DNA from: Patescibacteria group bacterium
GTDB lineage: Bacteria; Patescibacteriota; Microgenomatia; UBA12405
NCBI GenBank assembly: GCA_013387215.1
Contig: WARW01000022.1
Coordinates: 92,612 to 156,611, forward strand
Reading direction: 5' to 3'
Length of the DNA: 64,000 bases
The position numbers and the translations under genes were made by a program. Below, one piece after another: positions 27,490 to 36,715 of this stretch (the stretch's first letter is position 1; each line of letters begins with the position of its first letter). The notes below the pieces were generated by a model, which worked only from the letters and a program-made list of their open reading frames with translations, did no database searches and was not told the DNA's origin.

Positions 27490-30400
27490 ATGGAAAATAC
27501 AAGCAATAAAATATTTAGAATAAAACCGCGTGATTTTAAGTCGACAATAGGTGCTGGAGTAGTTTTTAAAGAAAAAAGATTTATAACTCATACGTTGCTG
27601 GATGAATCTAAATCAGCAGTAATAACTTTCGCTAGGTGGCAGAAAGTAATTATTCTATTATTTTTATTAAGTTTAATTACTGGCTTAATTTTGTTTCCAC
27701 TAAAAACATTAGGTTTGTTTGTTGGATTTTTAAGTGTAGTTTATTTTATTGATGTACTTTTTAATTTATATGTAATATTTAAAAGTTTATATTTTCCACC
27801 AGAAATTATTGTCAAGGATGAGGATATAAAAAATATAAATGATTTAGAACTCCCAACATATTCTATACTTTGTCCTTTATATAAGGAATCTGAAGTAATC
27901 AAACAATTTTTAACAAATATAAATAATATTGATTGGCCAAAAAATAAACTTGATGTGCTGCTCCTACTTGAAGAGGATGATCTGATTACCCAAGAGGCGG
28001 CAAAAAATATAGATTTACCAAAATATGTTAGGGTAATTATTGTTCCAAATTCATTGCCAAAAACAAAACCAAAAGCTTGTAATTATGGACTACAACTTGC
28101 CAAAGGAAAATATCTAGTTGTTTACGATGCTGAAGACTTACCTGATCCACTTCAACTTAAAAAGGCATATCTAACTTTTCAAAAAGTACCTAAAAACGTT
28201 TACTGCTTACAAGCAAAACTAAATTACTATAATTCATCACAAAATTTGTTGACCCGATTATTTACGGCCGAATATTCCCTTTGGTTTGACGTTGTTTTAC
28301 CAGGATTACAATCGATCAATACCAGCATACCGTTGGGTGGAACCAGTAATCATTTTAGAACTAACGATTTAATTAAACTTCAAGGCTGGGATCCTTTTAA
28401 TGTGACAGAAGATTGCGATTTGGGAATAAGATTGTTCAAAGAAGGATATAAAACGGCAATATTTGATTCTACTACTTTGGAAGAGGCCAACAGTAATGTG
28501 GGAAATTGGATAAGACAAAGATCACGCTGGATAAAAGGATATTTGCAAACCTATTTTGTTCATACCAGAAACCCAATAAGTTTTATAAAAGATTTCAAAT
28601 TTCACGCCTTAATATTTCAATTAATTATCGGTCTTCGTATTTCATTCATTTTAATTAATCCGATTCTTTGGCTGACTACAATCGCCTACTTCGTTTTTTA
28701 TAAATATGTTGGGTCGACTATCGAACTTTTGTATCCTCCTTTTATTTTTTACATTGCCGCCTTCTCACTGTTGATTGGAAATTTTATCTATCTTTACAAT
28801 TATATGATTGGCTGCGCCAAAAAGGAGCAATGGTCAATATTAAAGTTTGTATATCTAGTTCCATTCTATTGGGTATTGATGACTTCAAGTGCTGTTATGG
28901 CCATTCATCAATTAATTTTTAAACCATATTTTTGGGAAAAAACGAACCACGGCTTGAATGTTCAAAAAGAGAAGAGGCCAATCTTTGGACCAGTCTTTGC
29001 AAATTTGGGATTGTTTTTTAAGGATATCCGAGAGGCTGACCTTGTCTTGGTTTTAGCAGCAATTGGGGTTAATTTTTTGAACTTTTTGTATAATGCTTTT
29101 TTGAGTCGAAATGTAAATATAGAAGGTTTTGGTTTAATAAGCTTAATTAGTAACTTTTTTCTTCTAGTTTCCATTCCAATTTATTCACTTTCTGCAACAG
29201 TTGCTAATAAGACTGCATTTTTCTTGGGAAAATATAAAATTTCAATTAAGGATTTTTGGTCTATAACCAGGAAACGTACGATATCAGTTGGATTTGTAGT
29301 AGCAATAATTTGGTTAACACTAATACCTTTTTTGATGCTATTTTTCCAAGCAAACTCCCCTATTCCATTCATATTATTTACCCCTATTTTAATAATTGGA
29401 CTAGTGGGTGCCGTGGATAGTGGTTTTTTAAGTGGTAATTTAAGATTTAAAGATATTGCGTTATTGATTATGATCGAGGCTTTTTTGAAGTTAGTGCTTT
29501 CTATATATATTGTTGAATTGGGTTTCCCTAATTTAGTCTATGCAGCAATTCCAGTTTCTATGATTGTGTCTTTTGTTATGGCATGGATGTTTGCAAGAAA
29601 TATAGTTCCCGAATCTAAAGTGACAAGTGAAAACACAATTTCGTTTCCAGTCGGTTTTTTTTCCACATCTTTTTTAATTAAATTTTCACTTATAGCTTTT
29701 CTAAGTTTTGATGTTCTTTTGGCTAAACACTTTTTGAGTCCCATTGAATCTGGAAAATATGCGTTAATAGCCCTTGCTGGTAAAATGATATTTTTTATTA
29801 GCACTTTATTTAGCCAATTTCTTATTCCTTTAATAAGTAAATCTGAAGGCGCAAATAATAACAGTAATAAGATTTTTGGCAAGATTTTTTTGATCTCTAT
29901 TTTTTCCAGTCTGGTTTTATATATCGGAATTGGTTTATTTGGAAATATTACAGCTCCAATATTATTTGGATCTAACATTAAATCGGTGACGCAATTGTTG
30001 CCTGTATATGGATTAGCAATATTGTGTTTCACAATTTCGAATAATATTGAAACTTTTCAATTAATTAAGAATGACAAAATATTTCCAACCTTAAGTTTTT
30101 TAATAGCAATTTTGCAAATTATTGGCATTTCTATATTTCACAACAGTATTCAAGATATCGTGTTAATCATGACAGTAGTTTCAATATTAAGTATCTTATT
30201 TGTGACTATCATTAGTCTGAATTATCAATATATAAATAGTTCACTTATAAAATTATCCGAAATATTTATTGGCAATAAATATAATGTAAATGAAAATAAT
30301 AAATATCGAATTCTAATTTTCAATTGGTATGACATAAAAAATAAATGGTCTGGGGGTGCTGAAATATACATACATAAAATAGCCAATTATTTAGCTAAAA

Positions 30401-31458
30401 ATAATTGTGAACTTACTTTTTTTTGTGCCGGTGATGGAAGCAGCCTGAGTGAAGAAACTGTTGATGGGATAAAAATTATAAGAAAAGGCAATATGTATAC
30501 CGTTCCTATTTGGGCTTTTATTAATTATATTTTTCGATTTAGAGGCAAGTACGATTTAATAATCGATGTTGCTAAAGGAATTCCCTTTTTCACACCTTTA
30601 TACAGCAGCATTCCAGTTATCGGGGTTATTCATCATATCCATCAAAAAATGTTTTTGAGTGGGCTGCCATTCCCGTTGAATCGAATCGCTATGACTATAG
30701 AAGCCAACTTTTTGCCTGCAATTTATAAAAATACAGATATGATAACCGTTTCAAAATCCTCAAAATCTGCAATGAGCGATATTGGTTTTGATATAAAAAG
30801 AATACGAATTGCTAATCCGGGAGTGAAAATAAAAATTAACAAAAAAATTAATAAATCCACAAAACCAACATTAATTTATTTGGGACGACTTAAGCAATAT
30901 AAACATATTGATAACATTATTATTGCTTTAGCAAAAATTAAAAAATACCATCCAGAAACTAAATTAATTATTGCCGGAACTGGCGATAATGAAGAATATT
31001 TAAGAGAGTTAACTAGAGATTTGAAACTAGAAAAATCTGTTGATTTTATGGGTAAGGTTTCCGAAGAAGATAAGCCAAGCTTACTGGGAAAAGCTTGGAT
31101 AGCAATACAACCTTCTGAGGTTGAAGGTTGGGGCATAACAAATATTGAAGCGAACATGTGCGGTACTCCAGTAATTGCATCAGACGTAGACGGATTAAAA
31201 GATTCTGTAATAGATGGAAAAACTGGAATTTTGGTTCCAGTGAACAACATTAATTCTCTTGCTAAAGCAGTGATTGATCTTATTGAGGATGATGTTTATA
31301 GAACTTATTTAACTAATAACGCAATTAAATGGAGCAAAAGATTTAAATGGCATAAAAGCGGAAAAATATTTATTGATTTGATAAATCAAAAGCTTAAAAA
31401 ACAAAGTGAAGAGTATGGTGTGGTTGAGAATGAAAATTTGGAGGGAGTATATGAATAG
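27490..31458 (+). CDS. 1322-aa fusion: TM-flanked processive GT2 synthase domain, Wzx/MOP-like multi-TM domain (~12 TM), C-terminal GT4 (Glycos_transf_1) domain
   Basis: GT2 motifs D…DAED…TED…QRSRW are all present (aa ~120-350). Residues ~500-900 are almost entirely hydrophobic helices, like a polysaccharide-biosynthesis flippase. The C-terminal EGWGITNIEANMCGTPVIASDVDGLKDSVIDGKTGILV matches GT4. One uninterrupted ORF. Confidence 0.8.
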   Translation: MENTSNKIFRIKPRDFKSTIGAGVVFKEKRFITHTLLDESKSAVITFARWQKVIILLFLLSLITGLILFPLKTLGLFVGFLSVVYFIDVLFNLYVIFKSLYFPPEIIVKDEDIKNINDLELPTYSILCPLYKESEVIKQFLTNINNIDWPKNKLDVLLLLEEDDLITQEAAKNIDLPKYVRVIIVPNSLPKTKPKACNYGLQLAKGKYLVVYDAEDLPDPLQLKKAYLTFQKVPKNVYCLQAKLNYYNSSQNLLTRLFTAEYSLWFDVVLPGLQSINTSIPLGGTSNHFRTNDLIKLQGWDPFNVTEDCDLGIRLFKEGYKTAIFDSTTLEEANSNVGNWIRQRSRWIKGYLQTYFVHTRNPISFIKDFKFHALIFQLIIGLRISFILINPILWLTTIAYFVFYKYVGSTIELLYPPFIFYIAAFSLLIGNFIYLYNYMIGCAKKEQWSILKFVYLVPFYWVLMTSSAVMAIHQLIFKPYFWEKTNHGLNVQKEKRPIFGPVFANLGLFFKDIREADLVLVLAAIGVNFLNFLYNAFLSRNVNIEGFGLISLISNFFLLVSIPIYSLSATVANKTAFFLGKYKISIKDFWSITRKRTISVGFVVAIIWLTLIPFLMLFFQANSPIPFILFTPILIIGLVGAVDSGFLSGNLRFKDIALLIMIEAFLKLVLSIYIVELGFPNLVYAAIPVSMIVSFVMAWMFARNIVPESKVTSENTISFPVGFFSTSFLIKFSLIAFLSFDVLLAKHFLSPIESGKYALIALAGKMIFFISTLFSQFLIPLISKSEGANNNSNKIFGKIFLISIFSSLVLYIGIGLFGNITAPILFGSNIKSVTQLLPVYGLAILCFTISNNIETFQLIKNDKIFPTLSFLIAILQIIGISIFHNSIQDIVLIMTVVSILSILFVTIISLNYQYINSSLIKLSEIFIGNKYNVNENNKYRILIFNWYDIKNKWSGGAEIYIHKIANYLAKNNCELTFFCAGDGSSLSEETVDGIKIIRKGNMYTVPIWAFINYIFRFRGKYDLIIDVAKGIPFFTPLYSSIPVIGVIHHIHQKMFLSGLPFPLNRIAMTIEANFLPAIYKNTDMITVSKSSKSAMSDIGFDIKRIRIANPGVKIKINKKINKSTKPTLIYLGRLKQYKHIDNIIIALAKIKKYHPETKLIIAGTGDNEEYLRELTRDLKLEKSVDFMGKVSEEDKPSLLGKAWIAIQPSEVEGWGITNIEANMCGTPVIASDVDGLKDSVIDGKTGILVPVNNINSLAKAVIDLIEDDVYRTYLTNNAIKWSKRFKWHKSGKIFIDLINQKLKKQSEEYGVVENENLEGVYE

Positions 31459-32374
31459 GACATTGTTAGTAAACATCGGAATTCCCGCATATAACGAAAT
31501 GCAGAACATCGGGAAATTATTAGAATCTCTACAATCTCAAAATTTTCAAGAATTTAAGATAAACAATATATTGGTTGTATCTGATGGCAGCACCGATGAC
31601 ACAGATAGAATCGTAAAAAAATTTAAAAATAAAAAAATAAAATTGATTAGTGATAAAAAAAGAAACGGAGTGGCTATTAGACTTAATCAAATTATAAAGC
31701 TAACCGATACGGATATTTTAGTTATTTTAAATGCCGATATTTTACCTAAAGATTCTAATTTTATTGATCATTTGGTTAAGCCGATAATACATTATAATGC
31801 CGACTTAACATCAGCAGCAATTAGACCCGTTACTCCTACAAAATGGTTTGAAAAAATTGTTGGAGTAGGCGAAAAAATAAAAACTAGTTTTTTTGAAGAT
31901 TATTTAAAGGGTAATAATTTTTATACTTGCAGAGGGACCGCTAGAGCATTTTCTAAAAGATTTTATAAAAAGATTGTGTTTCCAAACAAAATTGGCGACG
32001 ATTCTTATTCGTATTTATATTGTGTGTCTAATAATTATAAATACTTTTTTGCAGACCAGGCGATTATTTATTTTAAATTACCAGATAGTTATAAAGATTT
32101 TAAAAAACAAATAGTTAGGTTTTTAAAAATTAAAGAGAATTTTTCTTTGGTTTTTGGAACGAAACAAATAAATAAAAATTTATATTTTTCAAAATTTAAG
32201 TTTATTAAAAAAACATTTTCTTATTTTTTACACGATATTATGGGGACGGTTCTGTATTCAATGCTTTACACGTATGTACGAATAGACAGTTTATTCGCAA
32301 GAAGCGATAGCTCTGGTGCTTGGGAAACTTCAAAAAGCACTAAATTATTAAACAATTTATATGAAACAAAATAA
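31451..32374 (+). CDS. GT2 family glycosyltransferase
   Basis: NIGIPAYNEMQNI…VVSDGSTDDT. Start ATG at 31451 overlaps the upstream stop (ATGAATAG). GGAGG lies 4 nt upstream. Confidence 0.75.
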   Translation: MNRTLLVNIGIPAYNEMQNIGKLLESLQSQNFQEFKINNILVVSDGSTDDTDRIVKKFKNKKIKLISDKKRNGVAIRLNQIIKLTDTDILVILNADILPKDSNFIDHLVKPIIHYNADLTSAAIRPVTPTKWFEKIVGVGEKIKTSFFEDYLKGNNFYTCRGTARAFSKRFYKKIVFPNKIGDDSYSYLYCVSNNYKYFFADQAIIYFKLPDSYKDFKKQIVRFLKIKENFSLVFGTKQINKNLYFSKFKFIKKTFSYFLHDIMGTVLYSMLYTYVRIDSLFARSDSSGAWETSKSTKLLNNLYETK

Positions 32375-33185
32375 ACAACTTTTTAGATATGAAAATGTTT
32401 TGATACCAATAAGAAAAATTGTATATCTTGTTCTTTGTTTTTATGATCAATATATTTTAAAAAACTATAATAAAACTTTTGTTGTTTGTTATCACAGTAT
32501 TTCCAGTGATGATTGGAGATTTAGCATAAATCCAGAAAATTTTAAAAAACAAATTAATTATTTATCAAAAAATTACCAGTTTATTAATGCAGATCAGCTT
32601 CTTAATTATTTAGAAAACAAAGACAATTTAAGTAAACCATCGATCCTTATATGCTTTGATGATGGTTATAAAGATTTATTATCGATAAAAAACTATTTAT
32701 ATCAGAAAAATATAAAACCATTATTATTTCTAATCTCTAAAACTAAAGGTGTTAACCGAAAGGAATTAAAAAATAGAAAACAACTTTTAAACAAAAATGA
32801 TATAAAAACGCTCATGGATTTTGGTTGGACAATTGGCTCACACGGCCTGACTCATTCTAATTTTTTCAAATTGAATAAGTTGCAAAAAGAATCAGAAATA
32901 ATTATTTCAAAAAAGACTTTAGAAAAAAAATTTAGAGTAGATATTAAATATTTTTCTTTTCCAAAGGGAAATTATTCTATTGAAGATATCGAAATTTTAA
33001 GAAGAGCAGGTTATAAGTTGGCTTTTTCTATGGAAGATAGAATTTTAGTCCAACAAATTAATCCCTATATTATTCCTCGAATCGGAGTCGATAAAACTCA
33101 TAATTTTAATGAATTTAAATCACTTTTTTCACCTTCTGTAATAAAAGTTAGAAATGTTTTTAAAAAATTTTTATCCTATGTCTAA
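32361..33185 (+). CDS. polysaccharide deacetylase (NodB/CE4)
   Basis: ICFDDGYKDL, HGLTHSNF and later His motifs. Confidence 0.75.
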   Translation: MKQNKQLFRYENVLIPIRKIVYLVLCFYDQYILKNYNKTFVVCYHSISSDDWRFSINPENFKKQINYLSKNYQFINADQLLNYLENKDNLSKPSILICFDDGYKDLLSIKNYLYQKNIKPLLFLISKTKGVNRKELKNRKQLLNKNDIKTLMDFGWTIGSHGLTHSNFFKLNKLQKESEIIISKKTLEKKFRVDIKYFSFPKGNYSIEDIEILRRAGYKLAFSMEDRILVQQINPYIIPRIGVDKTHNFNEFKSLFSPSVIKVRNVFKKFLSYV

Positions 33186-33891
33186 TAATTTGATTAATAT
33201 ACTAAATTTAGCCCGATCTAAAACCAGTAGGTTTGTTAAACCTAGAAAAAATTATTTTATTTTTACAAACCCACAAAGAAGTTTGAGGCCAGTGAGCAAA
33301 TTATATGGATTTGACAGAGGGACACCGATCGACAGGTATTATATTGAAAAATTTTTAGAAAATAATAAAGTTTTAATTTATGGGAGATGTTTGGAGATAC
33401 ATGACAATTTTTATACAAAAAAATTTGGAGAGGAAAGGGTTACTGTAAGCGATGTCTTGGATATAAATCCTGATAATTTTCAGGCAAATATTCATGGAGA
33501 TTTGAGAAATTTATCCAATATCGAAAATGAAACCTATGATTGTTTAATAGTTACTCATACCTTGGGAATAATCGATGATTACAATTCGGTAGTGAAAGAA
33601 TGTTATCGAATATTAAAAAAAGGTGGATACCTGCTTTTAACTTCTTCATTTATCGGGCCGCTTTATGACAAAGAAAATACTTTTTGGAAATTTACACCTA
33701 AGTCTTTAGACTATATATTTTCAAAAATATTTTTAAATTCTAAAGCTGAAATTACAACGTATGGGAATGTTTTGGTCTGCCAATGTTTTTTGGCTGGTTT
33801 TTCATTAGAAGAACTTAAACGAGAAGAACTTGAATATAACGATTCTAATTTTCCATTAGTAGTTTGTTTAAAGGTAAGAAAAAGTTTATGA
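33178..33891 (+). CDS. class I SAM-dependent methyltransferase
   Basis: CLEIHD…VLDIN… (motif I-like) and …RILKKGGYLLLT (post-II). ATGTCTAA overlap with the upstream stop. Confidence 0.6.
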   Translation: MSNNLINILNLARSKTSRFVKPRKNYFIFTNPQRSLRPVSKLYGFDRGTPIDRYYIEKFLENNKVLIYGRCLEIHDNFYTKKFGEERVTVSDVLDINPDNFQANIHGDLRNLSNIENETYDCLIVTHTLGIIDDYNSVVKECYRILKKGGYLLLTSSFIGPLYDKENTFWKFTPKSLDYIFSKIFLNSKAEITTYGNVLVCQCFLAGFSLEELKREELEYNDSNFPLVVCLKVRKSL

Positions 33892-35093
33892 AAAACAAAC
33901 ATATTGATGTAATCGTTAAGTATTTTTATCCGGTCGTTGCAGGAATTGAAACAAACATATTGGAAACGTATAGCATTTTAGCTAAAGAAGGGTGGGATAT
34001 TACTATTCATACTTCCAAAGATGTATATATGTGTAAAAATTGCTTAAGCGACAAAGAAAAATATAGAGGATTAAGAATAGTTCGATATAAGTTTTCTTTT
34101 TTTGGTTTTTTTCCCAAAATTGATTGGAGTAATACTAGTTTGGTATGTCTTCACAATTTTGATGTTTTCCCTCATTTTAGAATTCTTATATATAGTTTGT
34201 ATTTGAAAATTTTAGATAAAAAATATTTTGGTCTAATATTAACTCCCCATGGCGGCTTTAATCCAGAATGGTCTATTTATTCAAAAGCAATTGGCTTCAT
34301 AAAAAAGTTGTATCACTTTACATTTGGAGCTATTTTAATAAATTTAGTAGTTGATGGAATCAGGGCGGTTTCAGATTGGGAAAAAGAAGAAATTATTTCT
34401 AAGAATGTAAAAAAAGAATTAGTCGTAGTTATTGATAATGGAATTGAAACTGAGGCATTTTTGAATCTCGAAAAACTGGCTAGCAAGGAAATAAAAAACC
34501 AAGTAAGTATTTTTGGAGATTATATTATTCAAATAGGCAGAATCTATCCGATTAAGAACTATGAAACAACGATAATTGCCTTAAATAGTCTTCCTAAAAA
34601 TCTTAAATATATAATTGTTGGACCCATTAGCGATAAAAAATATTTTGATAATTTAAATATTTTAATAAACAAATTCAATTTAAATGATCGCGTTAAATTT
34701 GTGGGGGTGATAAAAGGAATCGATAAATATTACCTTATCAAACACGCTCAAATGATGGTGCACATGGCTTTATGGGAAAGTTTTTGCAATGTTGTTCATG
34801 AAGGCTTAAGTCAAGGCTTGGTGTGCATAGTGGCCAACAATACCGCTCTACCCTATTTGGTTAAGGATGGAATAAATGGATATTGTGTAGAAACAAAAGA
34901 TTTTAATGAATTGGCAAAAAAAATCAATTTTGTTTTGAAGAACAAAGAAACTCCAATGATAAAAGAAATGGAGGAAATTAACAGAAATTATGGCCGAATT
35001 AATAGCTGGAAAAATGTGGCGAATAAAATGAATTCTTTTTATAAGTACAAACTTAACATGTTTACTAATCATGAAAAACTATGGTCAGTCTAA
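33888..35093 (+). CDS. GT4 family glycosyltransferase
   Basis: Glycos_transf_1 C-terminal block (…SFCNVVHEGLSQGLVCIVANNTALPYLVKDGINGY). ATGA overlap with the methyltransferase stop. Confidence 0.75.
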   Translation: MKNKHIDVIVKYFYPVVAGIETNILETYSILAKEGWDITIHTSKDVYMCKNCLSDKEKYRGLRIVRYKFSFFGFFPKIDWSNTSLVCLHNFDVFPHFRILIYSLYLKILDKKYFGLILTPHGGFNPEWSIYSKAIGFIKKLYHFTFGAILINLVVDGIRAVSDWEKEEIISKNVKKELVVVIDNGIETEAFLNLEKLASKEIKNQVSIFGDYIIQIGRIYPIKNYETTIIALNSLPKNLKYIIVGPISDKKYFDNLNILINKFNLNDRVKFVGVIKGIDKYYLIKHAQMMVHMALWESFCNVVHEGLSQGLVCIVANNTALPYLVKDGINGYCVETKDFNELAKKINFVLKNKETPMIKEMEEINRNYGRINSWKNVANKMNSFYKYKLNMFTNHEKLWSV

Positions 35094-36715
35094 ATTTAAA
35101 GAATAACTGGTTTAATGTTTTATATTATTTAATTTGTATATTAATATTGGTTTTAAGTCTGCGAGGAATTCCGGGGAATCCAAAAGATTTAGAATTAAAT
35201 ACTTCAACTTGGAAAGAAAATGGACCTTTGGAATTATCTACAGACAGAGGAAGATTCGCTTTAACTTATTCTTTATTAGAGAATAAATCTTTTAATTTTT
35301 CTTTAAATATTGCTAAGTTTGCAACTCCAGATTTGGGATATTTCAATGGCAAGTTTGTTTCCTTGTTTGATCCTGGTTTATCATTTTTGGTTATACCAGG
35401 ATATATTATTGGGAAACTATTAGGAGCTGCACAAGTCGGGACTTTTGCCATTATTTCTATCTTTGCGCTTTTAAATGTCTTTCTAATTAGAAAGTTATCA
35501 GAAGAACTTGGAGCTAATAAAATTATGTCTGCGATAGCTGGTTTAGTATTTTTATTTGCAACACCGGCTTTTACTTATAGTGTTACTTTGTATCAACACC
35601 AAATTACAACTTTTATTATTTTGCTGTCTACTTTTCTTTTAATAAAATATGATAATTTTTGGACATTGGCTTTAGTATGGATGCTTCTTGGATTGTCGTT
35701 TGCCATTGATTATCCAAATGCAGTTTTGGTTTTTCCACTAGTAATTTTGGCAATTAAAAAAATATTTTCTATCGATATTCAAAAAAACAGAATTTTATTT
35801 AGATTAAAGAGTTTATACATATTAAGTTTATTAACAGTACTTATACCAATCAGCTTTCTTCTTTGGTTCAATAAAAATTCATACAATAAATATTTTCAAC
35901 TGGCAGGTACGGTTACTCAAGTTACAGGGTTTGATAATAACACTCCTATAAATAATAGATATGTTATTGAAGATGCAACAAAGTATGTAAGCCCAGACAG
36001 AAAAAGCGGTTTTTTGGGAAGCTTTTTTTATACAAGAAATTTGCTTGAAGGATTTTATATTTTATTTTTAAGTCCAGACAGAGGAATTGTGAATTATACG
36101 CCTGTAATTCTTTTGGGATTAGGCGGAATTATTGTGGCTTATAAAAGGAAAATGGAATTACTGCCATTTTTGTTTTCAATAATCGGATTGAATATTCTTT
36201 TGTATGCCATGTGGGGAGACCCTTGGGGCGGATGGGCTTTTGGATCAAGATACTTAATACCTACCTATGCTATTCTTTCTATTTTTATTTCCATATTTTT
36301 AACAAAATATAGAAAATATTTAATCTTGTTGCCAATATTTTTAATTTTGTTTTCTTATTCAGTTTTTGTAAATACTGCCGGTGCTATTACTACTAATGCA
36401 ATACCACCTCAAGTTGAAGTGCTTGATTTGGAAAAAGCTTCCAACAGTATTCAAAAATATACTTATCAAAAAAATTTTGATTATTTGAGCATGAATAAAT
36501 CGAAATCATTTGTTTACCAATTAATCGGCAAAAATTATATGAGTTCCTGGAGATACTTTTATGTTTTGTATACATTAATTATGTCTTTAAGCGTGGGTTT
36601 ATTAGTTGTTCAATATGCAGATAATTTTAAAAAAATATTTTCAAAAATCTCCATTAATGTTTTTCGAAAAACATTACCTCTTAATATTAATTTTTTAAAG
36701 AGAAAATATGACTAA
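35081..36715 (+). CDS. GT-C-fold (PMT/ArnT-like) polytopic membrane glycosyltransferase, putative
   Basis: About 12 TM. Asp/Arg-containing first extracytoplasmic loop (LSTDRGRFALTYSL). Overall topology like GT39/GT83. Confidence 0.55.
   Translation: MVSLNLKNNWFNVLYYLICILILVLSLRGIPGNPKDLELNTSTWKENGPLELSTDRGRFALTYSLLENKSFNFSLNIAKFATPDLGYFNGKFVSLFDPGLSFLVIPGYIIGKLLGAAQVGTFAIISIFALLNVFLIRKLSEELGANKIMSAIAGLVFLFATPAFTYSVTLYQHQITTFIILLSTFLLIKYDNFWTLALVWMLLGLSFAIDYPNAVLVFPLVILAIKKIFSIDIQKNRILFRLKSLYILSLLTVLIPISFLLWFNKNSYNKYFQLAGTVTQVTGFDNNTPINNRYVIEDATKYVSPDRKSGFLGSFFYTRNLLEGFYILFLSPDRGIVNYTPVILLGLGGIIVAYKRKMELLPFLFSIIGLNILLYAMWGDPWGGWAFGSRYLIPTYAILSIFISIFLTKYRKYLILLPIFLILFSYSVFVNTAGAITTNAIPPQVEVLDLEKASNSIQKYTYQKNFDYLSMNKSKSFVYQLIGKNYMSSWRYFYVLYTLIMSLSVGLLVVQYADNFKKIFSKISINVFRKTLPLNINFLKRKYD

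Noticed and set aside
28962-31250. Several 60-164-aa antisense ORFs (28962-29174, 29181-29372, 29538-30032, 30876-31250)
   Set aside because: They are embedded antisense within the uninterrupted 1322-aa GT fusion gene. AT-rich sequence generates such ORFs by chance.
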